This document shows positions 1-10,155 of a DNA stretch of 64,000 nt, in pieces. How positions within the stretch are numbered: the stretch's first letter is position 1; each line of letters begins with the position of its first letter. This stretch comes from Saccharopolyspora elongata. Lineage in GTDB: Bacteria; Actinomycetota; Actinomycetes; Mycobacteriales; Pseudonocardiaceae. Position numbers and translations under genes: made by a program. The stretch is from assembly GCF_004348985.1 (NCBI RefSeq), contig NZ_SMKW01000009.1, positions 25,276-89,275 of the forward strand, written 5' to 3'. Below the pieces are notes generated by a model. That model ran no database searches. It had not been told where the DNA came from and was given only the letters and a program-made list of their open reading frames with translations.

Positions 1-1263
1 CAGGACGCCGATGGACACCAGCACGAACGCGAACAGGGTGCCGATGTTGGTCATCTCGGCGAGCACGTTGATCGGCGTCAGCGAGGCGATGGCCGCCACC
101 ACGATCCCGGTGATCACGGTGATCCGGTACGGCGTGCGGAACTTCGGGTGCACCTTGGCGAACCACACCGGCAGCAGGCCGTCCCGGCTCATCGCGAACC
201 CGACCCGGGCCTGCCCCAGCATCAGGATCAGGATCACCGTGGTCAGGCCGGCGATCGCGCCGAGCGAGACGAGTCCGGCCGCCCACGGCGCGCCGATCGC
301 CTGGAACGCGGTGGCCATCGGCGCCGCGGTGTTCAGCTGGTCGTACTTGACGACGCCGGTCATCACCAGCGACACCAGCACGTACAGGATCGAGCAGACG
401 GCCAGCGAACCGAGGATGCCGATCGGCATGTCGCGCTGCGGCTTGCGGGTCTCCTCCGCGCCGCTGGCGACGATGTCGAAGCCGATGTAGGCGAAGAACA
501 CCAGTGCCGCGCCCGCCACCAGGCCACTCAGTCCGAACGACCCGGTCTGCCCGAAGAACGCGTTGACCAGCGGTTCGTCCAGCGGTGCCGCCACGGCGCC
601 GGGCTCCGGCGGCTGGTGCGGCGGGATGAACGGGCTCCAGTTGGACGCCTTGACGAAGAACGCGCCGAAGATGATGAAGAACAGCACCACGACGAGCTTG
701 ATCGCCACGACCACGTTGGTCACCGCGGCGCTGAGCCGGATGCCGACCACCAGGACGACGGTGAGGATCAGGGCGATGATCGCGGCGGGCAGGTTCACCA
801 CGCCGCCGGCGCCCGGCGCGGCGGTCAACGCCGCCGGCAACCCCATGCCGATCGACTCGAGCGCCGCGACGAAGTACCTGGACCAGCCGACGGACACGGT
901 GGACGCGCCGAGGACGAACTCCAGCATCAGGTCCCAGCCGATGATCCAGGCCAGGAATTCGCCCATCGACGCGTAGGAGAACGTGTACGCCGAGCCGGCC
1001 ACCGGCACGACAGACGCGAACTCGGCGTAGCAGAGCGCGGCCAGGCCGCACGCGATTCCGGAGATGACGAACGAGATCGCGATGCCGGGCCCGGCATCGG
1101 TGGCCGCGGCGACGCCGGTCAGCACGAAGATGCCGGTGCCGATGATCGCGCCGATGCCGATGCCCAGCAGATCGACCGCGCGCAGCACGCGGCGCAGGCG
1201 AAATTCCGGGGCCTCGGCATCTCGGATGGATTGTTCGACCGATTTGACACGCATGATTGACAT
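1..1263 (-). CDS. Amino acid permease (APC family), 3' end beyond window start
   Basis: Reverse-strand translation from the ATG at 1263 reads MSIMRVKSVEQSIRDAEAPEFRLRRVLRAVDLLGIGIGAIIGTGIFVLTGVAAA..., with multiple TM segments typical of APC amino-acid transporters. The + strand ORF 148..1260 is an antisense shadow. Confidence 0.8.
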   Translation of the reverse strand, partial: MSIMRVKSVEQSIRDAEAPEFRLRRVLRAVDLLGIGIGAIIGTGIFVLTGVAAATDAGPGIAISFVISGIACGLAALCYAEFASVVPVAGSAYTFSYASMGEFLAWIIGWDLMLEFVLGASTVSVGWSRYFVAALESIGMGLPAALTAAPGAGGVVNLPAAIIALILTVVLVVGIRLSAAVTNVVVAIKLVVVLFFIIFGAFFVKASNWSPFIPPHQPPEPGAVAAPLDEPLVNAFFGQTGSFGLSGLVAGAALVFFAYIGFDIVASGAEETRKPQRDMPIGILGSLAVCSILYVLVSLVMTGVVKYDQLNTAAPMATAFQAIGAPWAAGLVSLGAIAGLTTVILILMLGQARVGFAMSRDGLLPVWFAKVHPKFRTPYRITVITGIVVAAIASLTPINVLAEMTNIGTLFAFVLVSIGVL

Positions 1264-1468
1264 GGGTGGCCCTCCTCACCCAGGTGCCCGGGCGGACCGT
1301 CGGCCCGCTCGCGCCGCAGCGGCGTACTGAAGACAGGATTGTGGCTCAGGTCACTCCCGGCAAGATGATCCGGCTCATCGTGAGGCGGCCGTGATCAGGG
1401 CGGCCGCGGCGGCGCGAGCGCAGCTGCCGGTCCGCTGAGCCGGGCCGCGGCTCAGCGGACCGGCGGTG

Positions 1469-2483
1469 TCAGGCGATCCGCACGCCGCGGGTGAGCCCGC
1501 GCACCGGCGTGCGCAGCCGGTTCGCGCTCAGCCACAGCGCACCGGCCCCGAGCAGCAAGTTGAACCCGAGCCCGTAGGGCCACACGGCCGGGCTCGTCGC
1601 CAAGGCATCCGTGTCGTAGGTGTCCTGCTCCACCCGCATGCTGCGCGCCATCAGCCCGATGGTGCTCAGCGGATCCATCTCGACGATCGGTTCCTCCTCG
1701 CCGGTGCGCGGGTTGATCCGGCTCGGCGGGGCGGGCGCGGCGTCGCCGAGCACGATGAACGGGTTCGGTGCCATCAGCCACCAGACGTACTTCGGCTGCG
1801 GCACGTCGTAGGTGGAGGGCTCCATGCCGGAGGCGGCTTGCTCGCTGGTCGGCGTGTACGTCTTCTCCGTCATCGTCAGCGGCAGGGATAGCCCGAAGAC
1901 GATCACCGTGCCCACGGTCAGGGCGAACACCAGCAGGTAGGACATCAGCGTCGAGGTGATCCCGCGCGCGAACAGCGCCGAAAGGCCCTGCGCCATCGCG
2001 CAGATCACGCCGATCAGCAGCGCGACGATCGCGAGCACCGCGAGCGCGCGCAACGGCCCGACGCCGCCCTCGAACAGCGCCCACACGACGAACGGCAGCG
2101 TCAGCCCGAGGAAGACCAGCCCGGTGATCCAGGCGGCCGCGAACTTGCCCAGCGTGATCTCCCACGCCGACAGCGGCGTCGCCTGCACCGTGGCGAGGGT
2201 GCCGCGCTCGCGGTCGCCGTTGATCGACTGCGCCGTCAGGGCGGGCGCCACCAGCAGCGCCAGCGCGAGCACGAACAGCATCACGCCGCCGAACAGCGGG
2301 ATGCCGGTGTAGTCGGCGGCGATGCCGGAGTCCTCGCGCACGATCGCCACGGAGTACCTGAGCAGGGCGGCGAAGCCCGCGACGACGACGAACCACGCGG
2401 CCAGCAGCCACCGCCACCGGCCGGTGCGCAGGCGCACCCGGAACTCCTGCTTGGCCACGATCTTGATGCCGCTCAAGGTCATC
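1469..2483 (-). CDS. ABC-2 family transporter permease
   Basis: C-terminal ~335 aa of ORF 1469..3835, starting MTLSGIKIVAKQEFRVRLRTGRW..., polytopic membrane protein. Its ATG at 2483 overlaps the ATPase stop (ATGA). Confidence 0.8.
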
Positions 2484-3393
2484 GGCGCTCCTCGGTGTAG
2501 GCCAGGTAGGCGGACTCCAGGTGGTTGCCGGTCGGGGCGAAGCTCGACACCTGCACGCCGTCGGCGACCAGCCGCGCGAGCAGTTCCGCCGCGGCCTGCT
2601 CGGAAGTCACCTGCACGTCGACCCCGGCGGCATGGGCGGCGTGCTCGATCCCGTGCCGCTCCAACGCGGCGGGCAGGTCGCCGGAGAGCGCGCGCACCCG
2701 CCACACCGCGCGATGATCGAGCTCGTCCATCCGGTGCTGGCCGGCGGTCCGGCCGCCGTTGACGAACACGACCCGCTCCGCGACCTCGGACAGCTCGCTG
2801 AGGATGTGGCTGGACACCAGCACCGCGGTGCCTTCCGCCGCCTGGGCGCGCAGCAGGTCGCGGAGCTCGACGCGGGAACGCGGATCGAGGCCCGACGCGG
2901 GCTCGTCGAGCAACAGCACCGACGGCCGGTGCACGAGCGCGCGGGCGACCGCGAGGCGCTGCTTCTGCCCGCGCGAGAGCACGTGCACCGGTTGGTCGGC
3001 GAACTCCGCCAGGCGCACCAGTTCGAGCAGCTCGGCCAACCGGGTCCGCGCGTCGGCGGCCGGGAGGCGGTAGGCGGTCGCGAAGAAGTCCAGGTACTCG
3101 CGGGCGGTCAACTGGTCGTACACGCCGAAGACGTCCGGCATCCAGCCGAGCCGCCGGCGCACCGCCAGCGGATCCGCCACCGGGTCCAGGCCGGCCACCC
3201 GCAGCTCGCCCGAGTCGGGCGCCAGCAGGGTGGCCAGCATCAACAGCAATGTCGTCTTGCCCGCGCCGTTCGGTCCGACGAGCGCGGTCACCTCGCCGTA
3301 GGGAACGTCGAGGTCCAGCCCGCGCACGGCTTCCACCGCACCGAATCTGCGCCGCACGTCCCTGGCTAGGACTGCATGGTCCTGCGTAGCCAT
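2479..3393 (-). CDS. ABC transporter ATP-binding protein
   Basis: Walker A GPNGAGKTT, signature LSRGQKQRL and Walker B LLLDEP. Translationally coupled to the downstream permease. Confidence 0.9.
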   Translation of the reverse strand: MATQDHAVLARDVRRRFGAVEAVRGLDLDVPYGEVTALVGPNGAGKTTLLLMLATLLAPDSGELRVAGLDPVADPLAVRRRLGWMPDVFGVYDQLTAREYLDFFATAYRLPAADARTRLAELLELVRLAEFADQPVHVLSRGQKQRLAVARALVHRPSVLLLDEPASGLDPRSRVELRDLLRAQAAEGTAVLVSSHILSELSEVAERVVFVNGGRTAGQHRMDELDHRAVWRVRALSGDLPAALERHGIEHAAHAAGVDVQVTSEQAAAELLARLVADGVQVSSFAPTGNHLESAYLAYTEERR

Positions 3394-3471
3394 CGTGGCA
3401 CTCCTGGTTGTGGATCTTGCGTCCGTAGGACGCGGCGGAGTGCGTTCGGGTTGCGTGCGATCGGTCGCGGA

Positions 3472-3894
3472 TCAGGCCTGGCGGGTCGACCGGTCGTCGC
3501 TCCACTGCGCGTCGAGCGCGTCGAGCGCCGAGGTCTTGGTCTCCTGGTCGACGGACTTGGCGGCATCCATCGAGGGCTGGAGCAGCGTGTCCGACGGCGG
3601 GGCCGCCACGGGTTCGAGATCGGGCCGGGTGCGCTCGCGGGGCGGCAGCGGGATCCGCGGCCGCGACTCCAGCGGCGGTCGCGACGGCTGCCGCGGCGGC
3701 GCGGCCGGCTGGTCGGCGCTGATGTAGAGGGATTCCAGGATCAGCACGATGACCCCGACGGCGAGCGCGCCGGTCCCCAGCCACAGGCCGCTCGGGTCGT
3801 CGCCGAACCACCACAGCCCGCCCGCGATGCCGCACGCGGCACCGGCCGCGATAGCCAGCAGATGGAACAGCAGGTGGACGGTGTAACCCCTCAC
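3472..3894 (-). CDS. Hypothetical membrane protein with proline-rich C-terminus
   Basis: GTG start at 3894 preceded by GGAGG. Two predicted TM helices (LLFHLLAIAAGAACGIAGGLWWF, LGTGALAVGVIVLIL), then a Pro-rich tail. Confidence 0.45.
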   Translation of the reverse strand: MRGYTVHLLFHLLAIAAGAACGIAGGLWWFGDDPSGLWLGTGALAVGVIVLILESLYISADQPAAPPRQPSRPPLESRPRIPLPPRERTRPDLEPVAAPPSDTLLQPSMDAAKSVDQETKTSALDALDAQWSDDRSTRQA

Positions 3895-4309
3895 GACCCG
3901 ATTACCTCCCCTGAAATCGCGGCCCGTCGACGATCCCGGTGCGAACAGCGGGCTGCTGTGGAACACGCGCGCCGATCGCGGCGGGTTGCCCGGCGCCGCG
4001 CCTTCTCGGCGGCCGGGTGCCGGCGGTGGCCGGACCGTTTTCGATGGTAGCTCCGGTTCCGCGCGTTTTGCCCGATCAAGAACTGTCCGCCCGATCACGC
4101 CGAGCCCGCCGTCCGGCGAACCGGCGAACCTGATCACTTTTCACCTGTTCGGGCGAGTGGGGCCGTTCACGCCCAGCGGTCATGAACGTCCCGAATTACG
4201 GTGAATCTCCAAGGGCCACAGCGAAAACGGCATTGGTGCGGTGCCTTTCGCGTCGACGGCAAGAGTCGCTAGAACCGGTGGCCCGCTGCGTCGTGGGGGG
4301 GTGGTGCCG

Positions 4310-4714
4310 GTGATCAATTCGCTGGCAGGGTTCGCGTTGGCTGCCTCGATCGGCATCGGAGCGATCATCGGCTCGCTGATCACGATGTCCTGGGTGGAGC
4401 GCAAGATGCTCGGTTCCGGCGTGCCGCGCCGCGAGACCGCGCGGGGCCGGCATCGCGAGACCGGCAGACTCGTCGCCGAGTACCGGCAGCAGCGAGCGGC
4501 GCCGGGCGGGCGACCCCGGCGCAACGCCCTCGCCGCCGCGTTCGCAGTGGTCCTCGCGGTGCTCCGGACGTCCGCCGAGGCGGTCCGCGGCCGGGCCGCA
4601 GCACCTGCCGGCGGTCCCGGCGCGATGCGTCGCCCCGGGCCCCGGCACTCCTTCGACCGGCCTACAGGACCCGGAAGTCGGCGAAGTCGAATCCTGGCGA
4701 AACAACGCAGCTGA
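4310..4714 (+). CDS. Hypothetical small membrane protein (weak call)
   Basis: ORF 4241..4714. A G-run Shine-Dalgarno-like sequence precedes GTG codons at 4301-4312. One hydrophobic segment. No recognisable domain. Confidence 0.25.
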   Translation: MINSLAGFALAASIGIGAIIGSLITMSWVERKMLGSGVPRRETARGRHRETGRLVAEYRQQRAAPGGRPRRNALAAAFAVVLAVLRTSAEAVRGRAAAPAGGPGAMRRPGPRHSFDRPTGPGSRRSRILAKQRS

Positions 4715-5441
4715 CCAGCGTCTCGGCCGTCGCGGCGGCCTGTGCGCACTGCCAGGTGCCGGCGGGGACCACGGCCTGCGGCGCCTGCCCGGCGCCCGCG
4801 CCGAGCACCAACCGCTCGGGCTCGTCGACCGGGCGCGGCCCGTCGCCACCGAGGCAGAGGGTCAGCGGCCCGCCCCGGTGCCACAGCCACAGCTCGTCGG
4901 AAGCGACCGTGTGCCAGGCGGACAACTGGCCGGGCGGCAGCAGGAAGTAGATCATCGTCGCGCTCGACCGGGTGCCGCCGTTGTGCTCGATCCGGACCGG
5001 TCCGGCCCAGGTCTGCCGGTACCAGCCGCCCTCCGGGTGCGGCAGCAGGTCGAACTCCTCGGCGGTCCGGCTGCGCGTCTCCAGGCTCAGGTAGCGCCCC
5101 GCCGCGTCGCGCCGGGCGTAGCGGACGCCGATCACCGCCTCCCGCTCCAGCGGCCCGTAGACATGCGGGAACAGCGCATCCGCCGGCGTGCCCGCCGGGG
5201 GCGCCGGATTCGGCTCCTCCCAGCGCACCGGCGCCGACAGCTTCGCGGGGTCCAGCTCCAGTGCCACCATCGGTTCGGTCGTTTCGCGGTACAGGGTGTT
5301 CGCCACCGCGAGCGTGGTGCGCTCGTCCGGCGAGCAGTGCACGAAGCCCTCGGTCTCGAGGCTGGCGGATCTGACGGGGGAGTTCCGGTCGGCGTGGAAG
5401 GTTTTCAGCGGCAGCAGGTGCAGCAGCGTCGATCCAGTCAC
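4662..5441 (-). CDS. DUF952-like domain fused to DUF985-type cupin domain protein
   Basis: GTG start after GGAGAG. The N-terminal half (FVHCSPDE...LFPHVYGPL) resembles DUF952. The C-terminal half (LLPHPEGGWYRQTW...) resembles the DUF985 cupin family. Confidence 0.6.
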   Translation of the reverse strand: MTGSTLLHLLPLKTFHADRNSPVRSASLETEGFVHCSPDERTTLAVANTLYRETTEPMVALELDPAKLSAPVRWEEPNPAPPAGTPADALFPHVYGPLEREAVIGVRYARRDAAGRYLSLETRSRTAEEFDLLPHPEGGWYRQTWAGPVRIEHNGGTRSSATMIYFLLPPGQLSAWHTVASDELWLWHRGGPLTLCLGGDGPRPVDEPERLVLGAGAGQAPQAVVPAGTWQCAQAAATAETLVSCVVSPGFDFADFRVL

Positions 5442-5682
5442 ACCGACAGTCTCTCCTGATCGAAACGGCCGACGCGATCGAGTCCCGCCCGCCCTGGCGC
5501 GGGGTAGGCCGGACGAGTTACTCCGTCGTGACCAGCTGAACGCGCAAATGGGGCACTGAGACGGCTTCGGTCTGGATGTGAATTCGGCCTTGACGAGAGT
5601 AGAGACGCACATCACAGTCGTACCAACCGGTCGGTCTGAAAAAGATCTTGGTCTCCAGCCATCAAGTCAAGGGAGTCTGTCG

Positions 5683-7029
5683 ATGACTGCGAGTGACCCG
5701 ACGACGCACGCCAGCAGGACCCCCAAGAAGCTGATGATCGCGGCGCTGATCGCCAGCTCCATCGAGTGGTACGACTTCTTCATCTACGCTACGGCCGCGG
5801 CCCTGGTCTTCGGCCACCTGTTCTTCCCCGGCGCCAGCCCGCTGATCGGCGTCCTGCTGTCCTTCGCGACGTTCTGGGCGGGCTTCATCGCCCGGCCCGT
5901 CGGCGGCCTGATCTTCGGGCACCTCGGCGACAAGATCGGCCGCAAGCCGGCCGTGGTGACCTGCCTGATCATGATGGGCACGGCGACGTTCCTGATCGGC
6001 GTCCTGCCCGGCGCGGACTCCATCGGCGTGTTCGCGCCGATCCTGCTGGTGACGCTGCGGTTCCTGCAGGGCATCGCGGTCGGCGGGCAGTGGGGCGGCA
6101 TCGTCCTGCTGCTCACCGAGAACGCCGGCCGCGGCCGGCGCGGGATGGCGGGCACCTTCGGGCAGATGGGCGTGCCGTTCGGCGTGATCCTCGGCAACAT
6201 CACGTTCCTCGCGGTCGGCGCGGCGCTGAGCCCCGAGGCCTTCCAGGCGTGGGGCTGGCGGATCCCGTTCCTGGCCAGCGCGGTGCTGGCGCCGGTCGTG
6301 CTGTACATCCAGATGAAGATCGAGGACACCCCGGTGTTCCAGGAGCTGAAGGAGCGCAAGGAGAAGGCGGACGCGGAGGTCGTCAAGGCGCCGCTGATGG
6401 AGGTGCTGCGCACCAGCAAGCGGACCGTGCTGCTGGGCGCGGGCCTGCTGTTCGCCACCAACTCGATCTTCTACATCAGCATCTCGGGCCTGCTCGACTA
6501 CGGCACCCGCGAGCTGGGCATGCCGCGCCAGTCGCTGCTGGCGGTGACGCTGGTGTCGTCGGCGGTCGGCATCGTCGTGATCTTCGCCAGCGGCGCGCTG
6601 TCGGACCGCTGGGGCAGGCGCCCGCTGATCGTGGCCGGTGCGGTCCTGCTGGCGGTGTGGGCGTTCCCGTTCTTCTGGCTGGTCGACACCGCGTCGATCG
6701 CCGGGGTGGCGATCGCGGCGACGGTGGGCAGCATCGGGTCGAGCCTGACCTACGGGCCGCTGGCGGCGTACCTGAGCGAGCTGTTCGCCCCGCGCGTCCG
6801 GTACTCGGGTGCGTCGCTGGCCTACCAGCTGGCGGCGATCCTGGTCAGCGGCGGCACGCCGTTCATCATGACCGCCCTGCTGGCGGCCACCGGCAGCTCG
6901 GCGTCGGTGTCGGTGTACCTGCTGCTGATGGGCCTGTGCACGCTCGGTTCGGTGCTGCTGTTGCGCGAGACCCACAAGGCCGGTTCGGCGGAGCCCCAGC
7001 ACGCCCGCGAAGCGGTGGCGGAAGCCTAG
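5683..7029 (+). CDS. MFS transporter, metabolite:H+ symporter (ProP/shikimate transporter-like)
   Basis: ATG at 5683 after AAGGGAG. 12-TM MFS architecture with a conserved GHLGDKIGRK loop motif. Confidence 0.85.
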   Translation: MTASDPTTHASRTPKKLMIAALIASSIEWYDFFIYATAAALVFGHLFFPGASPLIGVLLSFATFWAGFIARPVGGLIFGHLGDKIGRKPAVVTCLIMMGTATFLIGVLPGADSIGVFAPILLVTLRFLQGIAVGGQWGGIVLLLTENAGRGRRGMAGTFGQMGVPFGVILGNITFLAVGAALSPEAFQAWGWRIPFLASAVLAPVVLYIQMKIEDTPVFQELKERKEKADAEVVKAPLMEVLRTSKRTVLLGAGLLFATNSIFYISISGLLDYGTRELGMPRQSLLAVTLVSSAVGIVVIFASGALSDRWGRRPLIVAGAVLLAVWAFPFFWLVDTASIAGVAIAATVGSIGSSLTYGPLAAYLSELFAPRVRYSGASLAYQLAAILVSGGTPFIMTALLAATGSSASVSVYLLLMGLCTLGSVLLLRETHKAGSAEPQHAREAVAEA

Positions 7030-7112
7030 GTCTCGCCTGGTCAGGCCCCGTGAGCACTTTGGGTTGCCATGGCAGCACAAAGTGCTCACGGGCATTCACC
7101 TGCGGAAACGTC

Positions 7113-7673
7113 CTAGTCGGGGTCGACGTCGAGGAGCCCGGCGATGTCGCGGAACGCTTTGGCGGGATCCCGGTCGCGCGCCGCCGCCGGGAGGTTGCCG
7201 GTCAGGCAGAGCGTCGCGAAGCCGTGCGCGATGGACCACGCCGCGAGCGCGGCCCGGTCGGCTTCGGCGTCGTCGAGCGTCGCGGGCAGGCCCGCCCGCA
7301 GGGCGTCCCAGGCCCGGGCCTTCGCGGCGAGCAGGTCGGGATCGTCGAGGTGGCACCGGTCCGGTTGGTGCATCACCTCGAAGTGGCTCGGGTGCGCCAC
7401 CGCGAAGCCGACGTAGCGGGCGCCGAGCTCGATCAGCGCCAGGTCGTCGGCCAGGGCTTCCGCGAGCAGTCGGTAGCCTTCCGCGGCCAGCGCGGTGAAC
7501 AGCCCGGCCTTGTCCTTGAAGTGGTGCCGCGGCGCGGCGTGCGAAACGCCGGCGCGCCGGGCCAGGTCCCGGAGGCTCAGCTGCGCCGGGCCGTTCTCGG
7601 CGATCATCTCGACCGCCGCGTCCAGCAGGGTCTGGCGGAGATCTCCGTGATGGTAGGGCCGCTCCGTGCTCAT
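7113..7673 (-). CDS. TetR family transcriptional regulator
   Basis: N-terminal HTH (LRQTLLDAAVEMIAENGPAQLSLRDLARRAGVSHAAPRHHF), about 187 aa. Confidence 0.85.
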   Translation of the reverse strand: MSTERPYHHGDLRQTLLDAAVEMIAENGPAQLSLRDLARRAGVSHAAPRHHFKDKAGLFTALAAEGYRLLAEALADDLALIELGARYVGFAVAHPSHFEVMHQPDRCHLDDPDLLAAKARAWDALRAGLPATLDDAEADRAALAAWSIAHGFATLCLTGNLPAAARDRDPAKAFRDIAGLLDVDPD

Positions 7674-7680
7674 GCGCCCA

Positions 7681-7828
7681 TCTTGCCATTGACAAGATGA
7701 GGATCTTCCCCGCAGTTTCAATTCAAACTGCGGACCTCCGGCGTGTCGGACCCCGACACGCCGGAGGCTGTGGACAACTCCCGCAATTTCAATGGAAATC
7801 AGAGGTTCGATTTCCATTGAAATTGCGG
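7681..7828. promoter_or_regulatory. Cluster of operator-like palindromes upstream of tetR
   Basis: Imperfect palindrome TCTTGCCATTGACAAGA (7681-7697). Near-perfect palindrome CCGCAGTTTCAATTCAAACTGCGG (7709-7733). Perfect 20-nt inverted repeat CCGCAATTTCAATGGAAATC/GATTTCCATTGAAATTGCGG (7781-7828) sharing the motif GCA.TTTCAAT. Confidence 0.4.
7738..7764 (-). terminator. GC-rich hairpin downstream of LLM gene
   Basis: CCGGCGTGTCGG-ACCC-CGACACGCCGG is a perfect 12-bp stem. No obvious T-tract follows, so it may be a factor-independent terminator or an attenuator. Confidence 0.3.
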
Positions 7829-7836
7829 AACCCCGC

Positions 7837-8883
7837 TCAGGCGTCGGTGGCGAGTTGCTTGACCTGCTCGATGAGCTTGGCCCGGCCGGCCGCATCGCCC
7901 GCCAGCGGCGTCACGTTGAGGGTCGTGACGCCCGATTCCTTCAGCGCCGCCAGCCGCTCCTTGACGTGGCTCGCGGTGCCGACCAGCGAGGTCTTCTCCA
8001 GCAGCTCGCGGGGCACCGCCGCGGCGGCCTCCTCCTTCTTGCCGCTGAGGTAGAGGTCCTGGATCAGCTCCGCCTCGGCCTCGAAGCCGTAGCGGCGGGC
8101 CAGGTTGTTGTAGAAGTTCTTGCCCTTCGCGCCCATCCCGCCGACGTAGAGCGCCACGTGCGGCCGCGCGAAGTCCAGCAGGTCGTCGAGCCCCTCGCCG
8201 ATGGCCAGCGGCGCCTGGGCGACCACGTCCAGCGGCGGCAGCGACGCGTCGCGCTTCGCCTTGCCCGCCGCCAGCGGCTCGCCCCACACCTCGGCCGCCC
8301 GCTCCGGCAGGTAGAAGATCGGCTCCCAGGCCTCGGCGATCTCGGCGACCAGCTCGACGTTCTTCGGCCCGATCGCGGCGATCATGATCGGGATCCGGTC
8401 GCGCACCGGGTGGTTGATGATCTTCAGCGGCTTGCCCAGTCCGGTGCCCTGGTCTGCGGGCAGCGGGATGCTGTAGTGCTTGCCCTCGTGCTGGACCTTC
8501 TCGCGGCGCCAGACCTGGCGGCAGATGTCGACGATCTCGCGGGTCCGGCCCAGCGGCGCGTGGTAGGGCACCCCGTGGAAGCCCTCGATGACCTGCGGCC
8601 CGGACGCGCCGATGCCCAGGGTGAACCGGCCGTCGGAGACGAAGTCCAGGCCCGCCGCGGTCATCGCGGTCAGCGTCGGCGTGCGGGTGTAGATCTGCAG
8701 GATGCCGGAGGCGATCTCCAGGCGTTCGGTGCGGGCGGCGATGAAGCCCATCTGGCTGACCGCGTCGAACGAGTACGCCTCCGGGACGTACACGATGTCC
8801 AGTCCGGCCTTCTCGTAGGTGGCCAGGTCGTCGACGGTTTCTTTGAACCCTCCGCTGTAGTTCAGCGGCATCCCGATGCGCAT
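7837..8883 (-). CDS. LLM-class (luciferase-like) F420-dependent oxidoreductase
   Basis: MRIGMPLNYSGGF... with a TIM-barrel LLM signature. About 348 aa. Confidence 0.85.
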   Translation of the reverse strand: MRIGMPLNYSGGFKETVDDLATYEKAGLDIVYVPEAYSFDAVSQMGFIAARTERLEIASGILQIYTRTPTLTAMTAAGLDFVSDGRFTLGIGASGPQVIEGFHGVPYHAPLGRTREIVDICRQVWRREKVQHEGKHYSIPLPADQGTGLGKPLKIINHPVRDRIPIMIAAIGPKNVELVAEIAEAWEPIFYLPERAAEVWGEPLAAGKAKRDASLPPLDVVAQAPLAIGEGLDDLLDFARPHVALYVGGMGAKGKNFYNNLARRYGFEAEAELIQDLYLSGKKEEAAAAVPRELLEKTSLVGTASHVKERLAALKESGVTTLNVTPLAGDAAGRAKLIEQVKQLATDA

Positions 8884-9135
8884 CGGCCGAACCCTTCCGG
8901 TCTGTGGCGAGCGGCGATGCCGGGGCGTCGGCCACGCCGCCGAGGTAGTCCAGAGGCTACCGCCGGGTAAGTCGCGCCGGGAGACGGCGCCCGGCCCCGA
9001 GAATGTGACACAACTCTCAAGAAAACCTTGGCGTGGCGGGATTTTCGACCGAAATGACCCCGACAATGGGAGCATGCCGCCAATTACCTCCACCACGCCG
9101 AGCCGCGAGCCGCGTGGTGCGCGGACGGTCGCGGC

Positions 9136-10101
9136 ATGAAATTGGCTCTGCTGGACATCGGGTCCACCGCTGCGCGCCTGGAAATCGTCGACCTCGACCG
9201 GTCCCGGATGCCGCGCGCCGACTGGAGCGCGAAGGCCCGGACCAGGCTCGCCGAGCACACCGGGGCGGACGGCCTGGTCACCGAGCTGGGCGTCGAGCAC
9301 GCGGAGCGGGCGGTGCGGCACTGCGTGAACGCGGCCATCGACGAGAAACCCGACGCGCTGATCGCGTACGGGACCTCGGCGGTGCGGGACGCGGTCAACG
9401 GCGCGGAGCTGCGGCAGCGGCTTAGCGAGGCGGCGGGGGTGCGCATCGGCGTGCTCAGCCCGCGCGACGAGGCCGCCGTCACCTATCACGCCGCCCGCCG
9501 CTGGCACGGCCGCTGCGGCACCGTCCTGACCATGGTGGACATCGGCGGCGGCACCATAGACGTGGCCACCGGCACCGGCGGCGAACCCGCCGACGTGGTC
9601 TCGCTGCCGTTCGGCGCGGCCCGGCTGACCAGGCAGTACCTGCCGGACGATCCGCCGACGCCGCAGCAGGTCGACGAGCTGGTCGCGGCGGTCCGCGGCA
9701 CCATCCCGGGCTCGCTGCGCACCTTCGCCGACCGCGACCTCGGACATCCGGTGGCGCTGAGCAAGGTGCTGCGGCAGCTGGCCGTGCTCACCGAGAGCTC
9801 GCCGGGCCGGATGGCCCGCCACCCCGACCGGCTGCTCCGCGCCAAGCTGCGCCCCTGGATCCCGCGGCTCGCGGAGCTGGGCCAGAAGCAGCGGGCGGCG
9901 CTGCCCGGCGTGTCGCGCAGCCGCGCCCGCCGCATCCTGGCCGGGGCCATCGTCGCCGAGCTGATCCTGCGCACCATCGGCGTGGACGAGCTGGAGATCT
10001 GCCCCTGGGGCCTGCGAGAAGGCCTGGTCTTCCGGTTCGCCGAAGCGCACGACGACACCGACGGCGACGCGCTCCGGTTGATGGCGACCCTCTTCAGCTG
10101 A
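9136..10101 (+). CDS. Ppx/GppA family phosphatase (exopolyphosphatase-like)
   Basis: N-terminal MKLALLDIGSTAARLEIVDL with the actin-like ATPase fold motifs of Ppx/GppA. 321 aa. Confidence 0.85.
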   Translation: MKLALLDIGSTAARLEIVDLDRSRMPRADWSAKARTRLAEHTGADGLVTELGVEHAERAVRHCVNAAIDEKPDALIAYGTSAVRDAVNGAELRQRLSEAAGVRIGVLSPRDEAAVTYHAARRWHGRCGTVLTMVDIGGGTIDVATGTGGEPADVVSLPFGAARLTRQYLPDDPPTPQQVDELVAAVRGTIPGSLRTFADRDLGHPVALSKVLRQLAVLTESSPGRMARHPDRLLRAKLRPWIPRLAELGQKQRAALPGVSRSRARRILAGAIVAELILRTIGVDELEICPWGLREGLVFRFAEAHDDTDGDALRLMATLFS

Positions 10102-10155
10102 ACCGGAGATCACAACGCCGCGCGAGCGCCCGACTCCCGGACACCGGTAGCGTCG

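Noticed and set aside
148-1260. 370-aa plus-strand ORF rich in R/D/G/H
   Set aside because: Antisense shadow of the APC permease gene. The composition is typical of the wrong frame in high-GC DNA.
1469-3835. Single 788-aa minus-strand ORF
   Set aside because: Actually three genes read through in one listing (ABC-2 permease, and upstream unrelated frames). The ATPase is in a different frame at 2479-3393 and the hypothetical protein at 3472-3894.
5766-7700. 644-aa plus-strand ORF overlapping the MFS and TetR genes
   Set aside because: Low-complexity Arg/Gly/Pro-rich translation. Shadow frame of real genes on both strands.
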